Shown here: one piece after another, positions 28,469-37,409 of the stretch | Numbering within the stretch: the first letter of the stretch is position 1 | Layout: every line of letters begins with the position of its first letter | IMG/VR virus record: IMGVR_UViG_2917413769_000003 | Coordinates: 1-40,870 of that record | Direction: 5' to 3' (one strand) | DNA: 40,870 nt | From: a virus | Taxonomy: Duplodnaviria > Heunggongvirae > Uroviricota > Caudoviricetes | The notes under the pieces: model-generated | The model's database searches: none | Told to the model about the DNA's origin: nothing | The model's input: the letters and a program-made list of their open reading frames with translations, nothing else | Program-made: the position numbers and the translations under genes

Positions 28469-28494
28469 GCCCGCCTCCCATGACGGGCTTTTTT
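28469..28494 (+). terminator. Rho-independent terminator
   Basis: GCCCG - 10-nt loop - CGGGC followed by TTTTTT. Confidence 0.5.
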
Positions 28495-28551
28495 ATGTCC
28501 GAAAACGCATTCAGCGCAGTGCGTTCCCCGACATGAAAAGGAGCACCTCCG

Positions 28552-28701
28552 ATGAAACCTGAACACCTCCACCGGCTGACGGGGCGCGACGTGCTCCGCT
28601 ATCGCCGCAACCACTTCGATTTAATTACCGGCCTGGCCCTCGCTACTGCGTGCGGTCTGGTTATTACCTTCATTCTCCTTGTAGCGAGGACCGCAGTATG
28701 A
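28552..28701 (+). CDS. Small membrane protein (49 aa, single TM)
   Basis: RBS AAAGGAG; [49 protein letters not shown]; stop overlaps next gene ATG (ATGA). Confidence 0.4.
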   Translation: MKPEHLHRLTGRDVLRYRRNHFDLITGLALATACGLVITFILLVARTAV

Positions 28702-29615
28702 GCTTAGAAACTAGTCTCGAACTTAACAACAAGCTGCTGACGCAGCACAACGCCCTGCTTGAACAGCTGATTACGGCACTGGCTTCAGGCCAGACAATTC
28801 AGCCGCAGACCCTCGTCACCCAGGTACAGGAATATCGCGAGACGGTACCGGACAAATCGGCCACTGATGACGAGCGGCCGGATCTGGAAACGCTGGAATT
28901 CAGCGACGTTATCGCGCTGGCATGTTTCTACCCTTTACCAGTTATGTACAGCTTCGAGATGTTCCAGCGCGCTATCGATTATCGCGATGCTGTTGGCGAC
29001 AAACGTGTGGTGCAGATCGACGCGCTGGACATGGCGCTCCAGGGTGTGAAACGCGCCAACCATCTGAGCAAGCCAGCACTGTTAGATCTGGCTCGCCACG
29101 TTATTCGCTTCTGGGATGATTTGCCGACTATTGAGTCCCGCCGCGACTTTGCCGAACGCCTGCTGGATGCGCCAGCTGCCGGACGCGACGAAGTAAAACC
29201 GAAGAAGGCCAGCGGCAAAGACAAACAGTCTGAGGAACGCACCGGGCCGTTTTACTGCAAAAGCGTAGACGGTAAGGCAGCCAGTGAGCTCCACACTTTA
29301 CGCAAACTGAATGCAATGCTGGAGAAAGGCCACGTTGAGATCAACCGGGTCGAGTACCTCCAACTGCAGGAAGAATTCGCACGTAAAGACGCAGTAAACA
29401 GCGGACAGGGTAAAGACGATGAAACGGATGATACTCCCGACTTTGCGGCACTGCGTAAACAGGCCGAAGGGCTGATTCTGCAGCTGGCGAAAGGTGGTTA
29501 CCGCGCCGAAGCCGTCGCCATTCTGGAAAAACATGGCGCCCAAAAACTTGGCGGTGTTGCTGACGAGGATCTCGCAGACGTGATCGCCCAGGCCGAAAAA
29601 GCGCTGGAGGGTTGA
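28698..29615 (+). CDS. Hypothetical phage early protein
   Basis: ORF track 28650..29615; start at ATG 28698 ([12 protein letters not shown]...) assumed. Confidence 0.5.
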   Translation: MSLETSLELNNKLLTQHNALLEQLITALASGQTIQPQTLVTQVQEYRETVPDKSATDDERPDLETLEFSDVIALACFYPLPVMYSFEMFQRAIDYRDAVGDKRVVQIDALDMALQGVKRANHLSKPALLDLARHVIRFWDDLPTIESRRDFAERLLDAPAAGRDEVKPKKASGKDKQSEERTGPFYCKSVDGKAASELHTLRKLNAMLEKGHVEINRVEYLQLQEEFARKDAVNSGQGKDDETDDTPDFAALRKQAEGLILQLAKGGYRAEAVAILEKHGAQKLGGVADEDLADVIAQAEKALEG

Positions 29616-29617
29616 GA

Positions 29618-30916
29618 ATGCCAGACGTTCACGCACGACTTTCCCCCTCTGCGGCGCATCGCTGGATGCGCTGCCCCGGTAGCCTGGCGCTGGAAGCCAC
29701 GCAGCCAGATAAAAGCAGCACCTTTGCGGAAGAAGGCACCGCAGCGCATGCACTCGCTGAAAAAGTGCTGCGCAACCGCCAAAGCCACCCCGAGCATTAT
29801 GCCGGGTGCAACGTCGCAATGTTCCTCGGCTCATATCCATTAAGCGAAAACCCGGATGACCAGTCCGGCCCGCAAGTGAACGAGGAAATGGTCGAGGCCG
29901 TTGGCCTTTATACCGACACGCTCTGGACGCTCGCTCAGGGCAACGAGCTGCTGGTCGAGCAGCGTGTCGACTTTTCCCACATCTTCGGCGTGCCTGATTC
30001 ATTCGGTACCGCCGATGGGGTAATCATCGCTGGCAACGAGCTGCAGATCCACGACCTCAAATACGGGAAGGGGGTTCGCGTCGACGCCGAGCAGAACGAA
30101 CAGTTGCAGCTGTACGCCCTGGGCGCGCTGGAGCAGTTCAGCATGCTGTATGACTTCGAGACGGTGCGCCTGTTCATCCACCAGCCGAGGCTTAACCACG
30201 TTTCAGAGTGGGCCCTGACGGTGGAAGAGCTCCAGGCGTTCGGCGAACGGGCGCAGGAAGCGGCGGCCAACGTGATCGTGATGTTCAACATTGCCGATTG
30301 CGAAGGCGTCGAAACGCTGCCGCTGGAAAACTTCACTCCAGGCGAAAAACAGTGTCGGTTCTGCAAGGCTAGTGCCATCTGCACCGCCCGGGAACAACTG
30401 CACATCAGTACCATCGCGGGGGATTTCGACGACATAACGCAGTCCGTTGGCGATCTGCTGGCTGACTCAATCGCGCGGGTACCGCTACTAACCGTTGAAC
30501 AGCTGGCAGAGGTATACAGCCAGGCGGACTTTATCGAATCCTGGCTAAAGGCCGTGCGCGACCGGGTGAACAGTGAGCTGAACGCCGGGCATCAGGTTCC
30601 GGGCTTTAAGCTGGTCACCGGCAAGCTGGGTAACCGCGCCTGGAGCAACGAAGCAGAAGCAGAAGAGCTGCTGAAATCCTTCAGGCTGAAACAGGAACAG
30701 ATGTACAGCATGAAAGTAATCAGCCCGACGCAGGCCGAGAAGTTGCTTAAGAAAGAAAGTCCGCGCCGCTGGACAAAAGCCGAAGCCCTGATCACCCGCG
30801 CTGACGGTAAACCCACCGTCGCCCCTGAATCTGACCCGCGCCCTGCGCTCAATATCAACCCTGTTAACGATTTCGACGACGTGTCCGACGACGCGCTCGC
30901 CGCAGACCTCATCTGA
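29618..30916 (+). CDS. PD-(D/E)XK family nuclease (DUF2800, Cas4/RecB-like) with C-terminal Cys cluster
   Basis: ORF track starts at TTG 29612; ATG 29618 with GGAGGG RBS; N-terminal [14 protein letters not shown] and [10 protein letters not shown] cluster. Confidence 0.65.
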   Translation: MPDVHARLSPSAAHRWMRCPGSLALEATQPDKSSTFAEEGTAAHALAEKVLRNRQSHPEHYAGCNVAMFLGSYPLSENPDDQSGPQVNEEMVEAVGLYTDTLWTLAQGNELLVEQRVDFSHIFGVPDSFGTADGVIIAGNELQIHDLKYGKGVRVDAEQNEQLQLYALGALEQFSMLYDFETVRLFIHQPRLNHVSEWALTVEELQAFGERAQEAAANVIVMFNIADCEGVETLPLENFTPGEKQCRFCKASAICTAREQLHISTIAGDFDDITQSVGDLLADSIARVPLLTVEQLAEVYSQADFIESWLKAVRDRVNSELNAGHQVPGFKLVTGKLGNRAWSNEAEAEELLKSFRLKQEQMYSMKVISPTQAEKLLKKESPRRWTKAEALITRADGKPTVAPESDPRPALNINPVNDFDDVSDDALAADLI

Positions 30917-30931
30917 TTAAGGAACAACTCC

Positions 30932-31480
30932 ATGAAAATTAAACTGAACAACGTCCGTCTGGCCTTCCCTGCTCTGTTCGAAGCAAAAACCGTGAATGGC
31001 GAAGGCGACCCGCGCTTCTCTGCTGTTTTCCTAATGGATCCGAAGCACCCGCAGCTGGACGAAGTCCGCAAAGCGCTGAAGCAGGTGGCGAAGGAAAAAT
31101 GGGGTGAGAAATGGGAAACCATTTACAACCAGCTGGAGAAAAAGCTCAACCTCTGCCTGCATGACGGTGACGAGAAAGCCGAATACGAAGGCTTCCCGGG
31201 CAACTTCTTCCTGAATGCTGCCAACAAAGCGCGCCCGGCAGTCATCGATCGCGACCGTTCTCCCCTCATCCAGGCTGATGGCCGTCCTTACGCCGGTTGC
31301 TACGTCAACGCGGTGATCGACATCTGGGCGCAGGACAACAACTTCGGCAAACGTGTTAACGCATCGCTGGGCGGCGTCCAGTTCCTGCGCGACGGTGACG
31401 CGTTCGCTGGCGGTGGTGTTGCCGCTCCGGACGACTTCGACGACATCAGCGAAGGCGCAGACGCGGGCGAGCTGATTTAA
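30932..31480 (+). CDS. Phage ssDNA-binding protein (DUF2815-like)
   Basis: 182 aa; follows DUF2800-like gene as in the common DUF2800/DUF2815/PolA phage module; acidic C-terminal tail (DDFDDISEGADAGELI). Confidence 0.6.
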   Translation: MKIKLNNVRLAFPALFEAKTVNGEGDPRFSAVFLMDPKHPQLDEVRKALKQVAKEKWGEKWETIYNQLEKKLNLCLHDGDEKAEYEGFPGNFFLNAANKARPAVIDRDRSPLIQADGRPYAGCYVNAVIDIWAQDNNFGKRVNASLGGVQFLRDGDAFAGGGVAAPDDFDDISEGADAGELI

Positions 31481-31525
31481 CCCCTACCCGCCCGGCCATG
31501 CGACGGGCTCTTTTCGGAAAACCCC

Positions 31526-31717
31526 ATGCGAAGGATTTATATCCGGCTGGTCATCACTCTGGCTATCGCCGCGCTCGTTTACGGCTTCCTGGTTCCTTCC
31601 CTGATCTCGATGAAGGACACCGTGGCTGTGCTGTCTGGTTTCGCGCTGGCGCTGACCGCGCCGCCGTGTCTGTTTGCCATTTTCAAAGGCATCTTTATTA
31701 CTAAGGAAAAGAAATGA
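31526..31717 (+). CDS. Small membrane protein (2 TM), partner of SPFH protein
   Basis: 63 aa, two hydrophobic helices; stop overlaps SPFH start (ATGA). Confidence 0.45.
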   Translation: MRRIYIRLVITLAIAALVYGFLVPSLISMKDTVAVLSGFALALTAPPCLFAIFKGIFITKEKK

Positions 31718-32550
31718 AGAAAATTATCTTTGCTGCCGTCGTCGCCCTGTCGGCGCTGGCTCTGTCTGGTTGCGAACGCGCCACCGTTCCCGCGGGTTAC
31801 GTCGGCGTTAAAGTGGACCTCTACGGTGACGAAAAAGGCGTTCAGCAGTCCGAAGTCGGCGTCGGTAAATATTGGCTGACGTGGAACGAAGAGATTTACC
31901 AGTTCCCGACGTTCAACCAGCTGCACAACTATGATCAGCCATTCACCTTCCAGACCGCCGACTCAATGGATGTGAAAGCCCGGATCGGCGTCGAATATTA
32001 TGTCGACCCCGAAAAGGTGACCAAAATATTCCAGACCTACCGCAAAGGGGTGGACGAAATAACCGAGGTCAACCTGCGCCAAAATATCAGTGATGCGCTG
32101 ATCAACCACTCCGGGAAGATGAATATCAACTCGCTGGCAGCCGGAGGCAAAACGCAACTGCTCGAACAGGTTACGCAGGATCTGAAGTCCAAACTTGACC
32201 CCATCGGCATCAGAATCGTGAAGCTGTCATGGGTAAGCGACCTGGACTACCCGCAGAAAGTGAAAGAATCCATCAACGCGAAAATCGAGGCCACACAGCG
32301 CGCGCTGCTGCGCGAGAACGAGATCGCCCAGTCTAAAGCCGAAGCCCAGAAGGCAATCGAGCAGGCACGCGGCGAAGCAGAATCCACCATGTTGCGCGCC
32401 AAAGCTGAATCTGACGCTATTGCCCTTCGCGGTGAAGCGTTACGCAGTAACCCCGAAGTGCTGCAACTGGAAGCGATTAATAAATGGAATGGCACATTGC
32501 CGCAGTATCTGACCAGCGGCGCAGCAACTCCCTTTATCCCCCTGAAGTAA
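31714..32550 (+). CDS. SPFH/band-7 domain lipoprotein (prohibitin/flotillin-like)
   Basis: 278 aa; lipoprotein signal [20 protein letters not shown]; band-7-like core and C-terminal coiled coil ([22 protein letters not shown]...). Confidence 0.65.
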   Translation: MKKIIFAAVVALSALALSGCERATVPAGYVGVKVDLYGDEKGVQQSEVGVGKYWLTWNEEIYQFPTFNQLHNYDQPFTFQTADSMDVKARIGVEYYVDPEKVTKIFQTYRKGVDEITEVNLRQNISDALINHSGKMNINSLAAGGKTQLLEQVTQDLKSKLDPIGIRIVKLSWVSDLDYPQKVKESINAKIEATQRALLRENEIAQSKAEAQKAIEQARGEAESTMLRAKAESDAIALRGEALRSNPEVLQLEAINKWNGTLPQYLTSGAATPFIPLK

Positions 32551-32624
32551 TCACCTCACCCGGCCACGCGCCGGGTGTTTTGCAAAGAGCATCCCTTTTC
32601 GCAAAGCACCCGCGAGGACTATCT

Positions 32625-34691
32625 ATGCCTGAAAAAATTCTCTGGGGCGACCTGGAAACCTTCTGCAGCATTCCTATCAACAACGGCACGCACGCTTATG
32701 CGGAAAGTGTCGAGGTGATGCTGTTCGCCTGGGCAATCGGCGACGAACCGGTTAGCGTCTGGGATCTGACTGCTGGCGAACCTATCCCCGGCAGGCTGCG
32801 GAAGGCCATCGCCGACCCTGACACTATTCTATTTTTCCACAATTCACACTTCGACCGCACGGTCCTGCGCCATGCAATGCCGGAACTGGCACCCGATGTC
32901 ACCCGCTGGCGCGACACGATGGTGCAGGCGCTGGCGCACAGTCTCCCCGGTGCACTGGGGGCGCTCTGCGAGGTGCTGGGCGTTCCGCAGGACAAAGCCA
33001 AGGATAAAGAAGGTAAAGCGCTGATCCAGCTATTCTGCAAGCCACGACCGAAAAACAGCAAACTTCGCCGGGCCACCAGCAAAACCCACCCGGAAGAGTG
33101 GCGGCGCTTTGTTGCCTATGCCGGGCTGGATATTGAGGCCATGCGCGAAGTGCATAAGCGCCTGCCGAAGTGGAATTATCAGGGTGCAGAGCTGGCGCTC
33201 TGGCATCGCGATCAGCGCATTAACGACCGCGGCGTCTGCATGGATGTGCAGCTCGCGCAGGCGGCGATCGAGGCGGTAGACCAGGAGCAAAAGCGCCTGG
33301 CGAAACGCACGCAGGTGATGACCGACGGCGAAGTGCAGGCGGCTACGCAGCGCGATGCGCTGATTAAGCACATTGTTGAATCCTACGGCGTGGATCTGCC
33401 GGACATGCAGCGCAGCACGCTGGAGCGCCGCATCGCGGATCCTAATTTACCGTCTGCGGTGAAAGAGCTGCTACACATCAGGCTCCAGGCCAGCACCACC
33501 AGCACCAGTAAGTACAAATCACTGATGAAGGGTGTAAGCCGTGACGGTCGCCTGCGTGGCACGCTTCAGTTCTGTGGCGCATCGCGTACCGGGCGCTGGG
33601 CCGGGCGGTTATTCCAGCCCCAAAACCTGCCCCGCCCTTCCCTTGAGCAGGAACGTATCGACGAAGGCATAGAGGCGCTGAAATCAGGATGCGCCGATCT
33701 GCTGTTCGACAACATCATGGAGTTGACCAGCTCGGCTTTGCGCGGCTGCATTATGGCCCCCGAGGGCAAAAAGCTGGTGGTTAGCGACCTGTCGAACATC
33801 GAAGGACGAAAACTGGCCTGGCTGGCTGGGGAACAGTGGAAGCTGGACGCGTTCCGGGAGTTCGACGAGGGCACCGGGCCGGACCTATACAAACTGGCCT
33901 ACGCCCGCGCCTTCAACATCTCGCCGGATGATGTCGACAAATACCAGCGTCAGATCGGCAAGGTGATGGAGCTGGGTCTCGGCTTCGGCGGTGGTGTTGC
34001 GGCGTTCCTGACCTTCGCGCTGGTTTACGGCCTCGACCTTGACGAACTGGCGAACGCTGCGCTGCCGAATATCCCCCGCGATCTTATCCGCGAGGCGAAA
34101 AGCTGGTACGACGAATCGGTTAAACGCAAGTCGACCTACGGCCTGTCAGAGCGCGTATTCATCGCCTGCGATTCGCTTAAACGCCTCTGGCGCAGAGCCC
34201 ACCCGGCAACCTGCGATTTCTGGTACGAGCTGGAGCGCACCGTCCGCACCGCCATCGCAACCCCGAAAAAGACGCTGTACTGCGGCTATCTGAAAATTCG
34301 CCGCGATGGTGCATGGTTGCGCATACAGCTGCCGTCCGGGCGCGCGCTGTGCTACCCGTCCCCGTCCATTGAGAAAGGAAACATCACCTATCAGGGCGTA
34401 AATTCCTACTCGCGCAAATGGCAGCGGCTCAAAACCTACGGCGGGAAACTGGTGGAAAACGTCACCCAGGCGGCAGCCCGTGACGTTCTGGCCGGAAACA
34501 TGCCGCTGATCGAGGATGCCGGTTACAGCATTGTGCTGACGGTACACGATGAAGTGATCACCGAAGCGCCGGACACCGACGATTTCAACGAAACGGCGCT
34601 TTCCGCGCTGCTCTCCACTAACCCCGAATGGGCGCCCGATATCCCGCTGAACGCTGGCGGCTTCGAAGCGATTCATTACCGTAAGGATTGA
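32625..34691 (+). CDS. Family A DNA polymerase (phage-type, with 3'-5' exonuclease region)
   Basis: ORF track 32484..34691; start at ATG 32625 with GAGGA RBS; length and position after DUF2800/DUF2815 genes. Confidence 0.75.
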   Translation: MPEKILWGDLETFCSIPINNGTHAYAESVEVMLFAWAIGDEPVSVWDLTAGEPIPGRLRKAIADPDTILFFHNSHFDRTVLRHAMPELAPDVTRWRDTMVQALAHSLPGALGALCEVLGVPQDKAKDKEGKALIQLFCKPRPKNSKLRRATSKTHPEEWRRFVAYAGLDIEAMREVHKRLPKWNYQGAELALWHRDQRINDRGVCMDVQLAQAAIEAVDQEQKRLAKRTQVMTDGEVQAATQRDALIKHIVESYGVDLPDMQRSTLERRIADPNLPSAVKELLHIRLQASTTSTSKYKSLMKGVSRDGRLRGTLQFCGASRTGRWAGRLFQPQNLPRPSLEQERIDEGIEALKSGCADLLFDNIMELTSSALRGCIMAPEGKKLVVSDLSNIEGRKLAWLAGEQWKLDAFREFDEGTGPDLYKLAYARAFNISPDDVDKYQRQIGKVMELGLGFGGGVAAFLTFALVYGLDLDELANAALPNIPRDLIREAKSWYDESVKRKSTYGLSERVFIACDSLKRLWRRAHPATCDFWYELERTVRTAIATPKKTLYCGYLKIRRDGAWLRIQLPSGRALCYPSPSIEKGNITYQGVNSYSRKWQRLKTYGGKLVENVTQAAARDVLAGNMPLIEDAGYSIVLTVHDEVITEAPDTDDFNETALSALLSTNPEWAPDIPLNAGGFEAIHYRKD

Positions 34692-34695
34692 CCCC

Positions 34696-34905
34696 ATGAA
34701 ACAAGGCAACATCCAAAACTTCGCCATCATTGTTCTGGTAAACGGCGGAACTAAACAGGTCTTTTTGACCAAAGAACAAAAGCGGCTTTTCGCAAAGCTC
34801 ACTCTCGGCGCGTTGAGCGACAGGCCGATTACCATGATGCCTATCGACGACATGATCCAGCTGCAGCCGGACAATGACGCATTTTCAGACGGCGGCCCGC
34901 TATGA
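34696..34905 (+). CDS. Hypothetical small protein
   Basis: 69 aa ORF translationally coupled within PolA operon. Confidence 0.4.
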   Translation: MKQGNIQNFAIIVLVNGGTKQVFLTKEQKRLFAKLTLGALSDRPITMMPIDDMIQLQPDNDAFSDGGPL

Positions 34906-35114
34906 AACACATGTTTATGGTGATGGATAGCCGTGCACAGTTCGATATCGACCGCGCCGCTGTCCTCGAATGCTGCGGCGAAAAACAACCATCCTGGCGT
35001 TCCCTGTGCAGGGATTGGGGCGAACAAGGCGCAGTTCTGGTCCGCTTCCGTCTGGTACCAAACACTAACGGCGACGTAGCTACCGATCCCGAAGTTGTTG
35101 GCACCATCAAATAA
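34902..35114 (+). CDS. Hypothetical small protein
   Basis: 70 aa ORF, start overlaps previous stop. Confidence 0.4.
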   Translation: MKHMFMVMDSRAQFDIDRAAVLECCGEKQPSWRSLCRDWGEQGAVLVRFRLVPNTNGDVATDPEVVGTIK

Positions 35115-35125
35115 GGTAATCCCCT

Positions 35126-35341
35126 ATGTCATTCGAAAAACACGACAGTCCGTTGTATTTCCGGTCTGCGCGGGAGGCTATGCGTCTTGAGCAGGCTGGC
35201 GAGTATGACCGGGCGGCGAAGGTATGGGCCAAAGCAAACCGGGAATCACGCAACCCGGTAAACCAGCAATGGAGCGATAACCGCTCTGATTTCTGCATCA
35301 TGCAGAACATCCGCAGCAAACGTAAAGAGGTGCAACTGTGA
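35126..35341 (+). CDS. Hypothetical small protein
   Basis: 71 aa ORF, stop overlaps next gene start. Confidence 0.4.
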   Translation: MSFEKHDSPLYFRSAREAMRLEQAGEYDRAAKVWAKANRESRNPVNQQWSDNRSDFCIMQNIRSKRKEVQL

Positions 35342-36114
35342 TCCCAGGTGAAATTAACACCCTCATCAGCACTGGTGCGCTCTTTGTATCAAACCACAGC
35401 GGCGGAAAAGACAGTCAGGTGATGTTGATTAAACTCCTTGAGATTGTTCCCACTGCGCAGCTTATCGTTGTGCACGCATCGCTCGGTGTTATTGAGTGGC
35501 CAGGTGCACTGGAACTTGCTGAAACTCAGGCTGCAGGCGCGGGTCTGCCGTTCATCGTGGCTCGAGCCAGCAAGACCTTCTTCGAAATGGTAGAACGTCG
35601 CTTTGAGAATCGTCCAGAAGTTCCCAGTTGGCCATCCTCCAGCACCCGACAATGTACCAGTGACCTGAAGCGCGGCCCCATCCAACGCGAGGTACGCCGG
35701 TATGCAAAAGCCAACGGGTTTAAAACCATCGTTAACTGCCTCGGGCTGCGTGCCCAAGAATCACCTGGCCGAGCTAAGCGCCAGGTGTTCAGCAAAATGG
35801 GGATCAGCAACTCAGTTAATACCTGGTACGAATGGCTCCCAGTTCACGAACTGCTTACCGAGGAAGTATTCGCCACCATTCGAATGACTGGACAAGAGCC
35901 GCACTACGCCTACGCTCTGGGCAATGAGCGATTAAGTTGTGTGTTCTGCATCATGGCCAGCCGTAACGATATGGTTAACGGCGCCCGGCATAACCCACCC
36001 TTGCTGGAGGAATACGCAGACCTAGAGGCTAAGACTGGGTACACCATGCATATGAGCCGGATCCCCATTCGAGTGCTGGCGGCTGACGACGAAAACAAGG
36101 TACATGCAGCATGA
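35338..36114 (+). CDS. PAPS reductase-like PP-loop ATPase (phage PAPS reductase / DndC-like family)
   Basis: 258 aa; GTG start; PP-loop SGGKDS near N-terminus; C-terminal Cys pair (CVFC). Confidence 0.7.
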   Translation: MIPGEINTLISTGALFVSNHSGGKDSQVMLIKLLEIVPTAQLIVVHASLGVIEWPGALELAETQAAGAGLPFIVARASKTFFEMVERRFENRPEVPSWPSSSTRQCTSDLKRGPIQREVRRYAKANGFKTIVNCLGLRAQESPGRAKRQVFSKMGISNSVNTWYEWLPVHELLTEEVFATIRMTGQEPHYAYALGNERLSCVFCIMASRNDMVNGARHNPPLLEEYADLEAKTGYTMHMSRIPIRVLAADDENKVHAA

Positions 36115-36392
36115 CCTACGAGCGTGAAAGCACTATCGAAAAGCACCTCGTCGCCGAAGTGAAAAAGGCTGGCGGGCTGGCTTATAAATTCGTGTCGCCT
36201 GGCCGCCGCTCGGTACCAGATCGCATTGTGCTGTTACCCGGCGGCCGTCTCGTCTTTGTCGAATGCAAAGCACCTGGCAAACCACCACGCGCCGACCAGC
36301 TGCGCGAGCACGAACGGCTGCGCGCACTGGGCTTTTGCGTGGTGGTGCTGGATAGCAAAGACCTTTCGCAAGTGCTATCTCTAGCGCCCTAA
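36111..36392 (+). CDS. VRR-NUC domain nuclease
   Basis: 93 aa; PD-(D/E)XK core PDRIVLL...FVECKAPG; start overlaps previous stop. Confidence 0.7.
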   Translation: MTYERESTIEKHLVAEVKKAGGLAYKFVSPGRRSVPDRIVLLPGGRLVFVECKAPGKPPRADQLREHERLRALGFCVVVLDSKDLSQVLSLAP

Positions 36393-37307
36393 CTGAGGGT
36401 TGCGGAAGTTGTCAGCAATTCGCATCGCATCAGCTCTCCCGCCGGGCAGCATCCCCGCCTTCGTCAGGATGTATTTAGGGAACTTGGTGGGCAAATACTC
36501 ATGACGGAACCAACGACGAAATTCTGGCAACGCTTCGTTGGGATAAGCGTTAATCATCTGAGGATTCGAAGTAGATTGATTAAAGTCATCCGGATAGTGA
36601 TGCGCACATTGAACGCGATCACCGAACTGACGTGAGAGGCCGTTTGACGTCCAGTGACGCCCCCAGCATGAACCGACGCTGATATCAGGCACGGTATACA
36701 TATTCACCGCAAGACCAGCGGTAATCAGGTCAACCATTAAACCCGCAATTTCGTTAAAAATGATAAAGTGGCCGTCGGGTACCGTGCCGGTACTTTGGAT
36801 AATGGAAACCCGCTGATGATAAGGCCCCCAAGGGTCTTCTGGCTGGTATCGCAACGCGCCATAAATATAATCCCGAAGCCCGACTCGGGCTAATTCGCGA
36901 TAGTATTGTTGCGCGGTTGAATTTGATGCTGCTTGCGATTCAAAAGCATAAAACTCGAGCAGAGCCATACACACAATATCAGGGAATGCGTAATGTACAG
37001 AGCCTGCACGCATAACCGAGATAAATAGCACAGGGTCTGTATAACCGGCTTGCTGAAGATATGTGCTAATAAACTCCATTCGCCCACGAGTAAAAACCCC
37101 GCTCTGGAAGCACTGAGCGTATTCGTTTGCGATGTCTGCAATGTTTGTGCGGTTGACGCCGCAGATTCTTGCGAGTCCGTTCTGAGTAAGGTACGGAATA
37201 CCGTTCTCCAAAACACCCATTTCAATATCGTTGAAAACACCTTCCTGCCTAACTCCAAGATCTAATACAGCAGGGGGTGTGGGCTGAGGCTGATTCTGTG
37301 TAGTCAT
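36381..37307 (-). CDS. Hypothetical protein, opposite-strand low-GC insert (moron-like)
   Basis: 308 aa on the minus strand inside a plus-strand operon; visibly lower GC than flanks; 3' end overlaps VRR-NUC 3' end by 12 nt. Confidence 0.5.
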   Translation of the reverse strand: MTTQNQPQPTPPAVLDLGVRQEGVFNDIEMGVLENGIPYLTQNGLARICGVNRTNIADIANEYAQCFQSGVFTRGRMEFISTYLQQAGYTDPVLFISVMRAGSVHYAFPDIVCMALLEFYAFESQAASNSTAQQYYRELARVGLRDYIYGALRYQPEDPWGPYHQRVSIIQSTGTVPDGHFIIFNEIAGLMVDLITAGLAVNMYTVPDISVGSCWGRHWTSNGLSRQFGDRVQCAHHYPDDFNQSTSNPQMINAYPNEALPEFRRWFRHEYLPTKFPKYILTKAGMLPGGRADAMRIADNFRNPQLGR

Positions 37308-37409
37308 CTATCTGATTTCCTTATTTTTATACCCTGAGGCTGCGCCTTAGGAATTATCTTAACCCCCTTATTTATACTCCAACTTGCAATTTTTTGCGAG
37401 GTACTAACT

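Noticed and set aside
29298-30002. Minus-strand 234-aa ORF overlapping the 3' end of the 28698 gene and the DUF2800-like gene
   Set aside because: Antisense to two translationally coupled plus-strand genes; extremely Arg/Cys-rich translation
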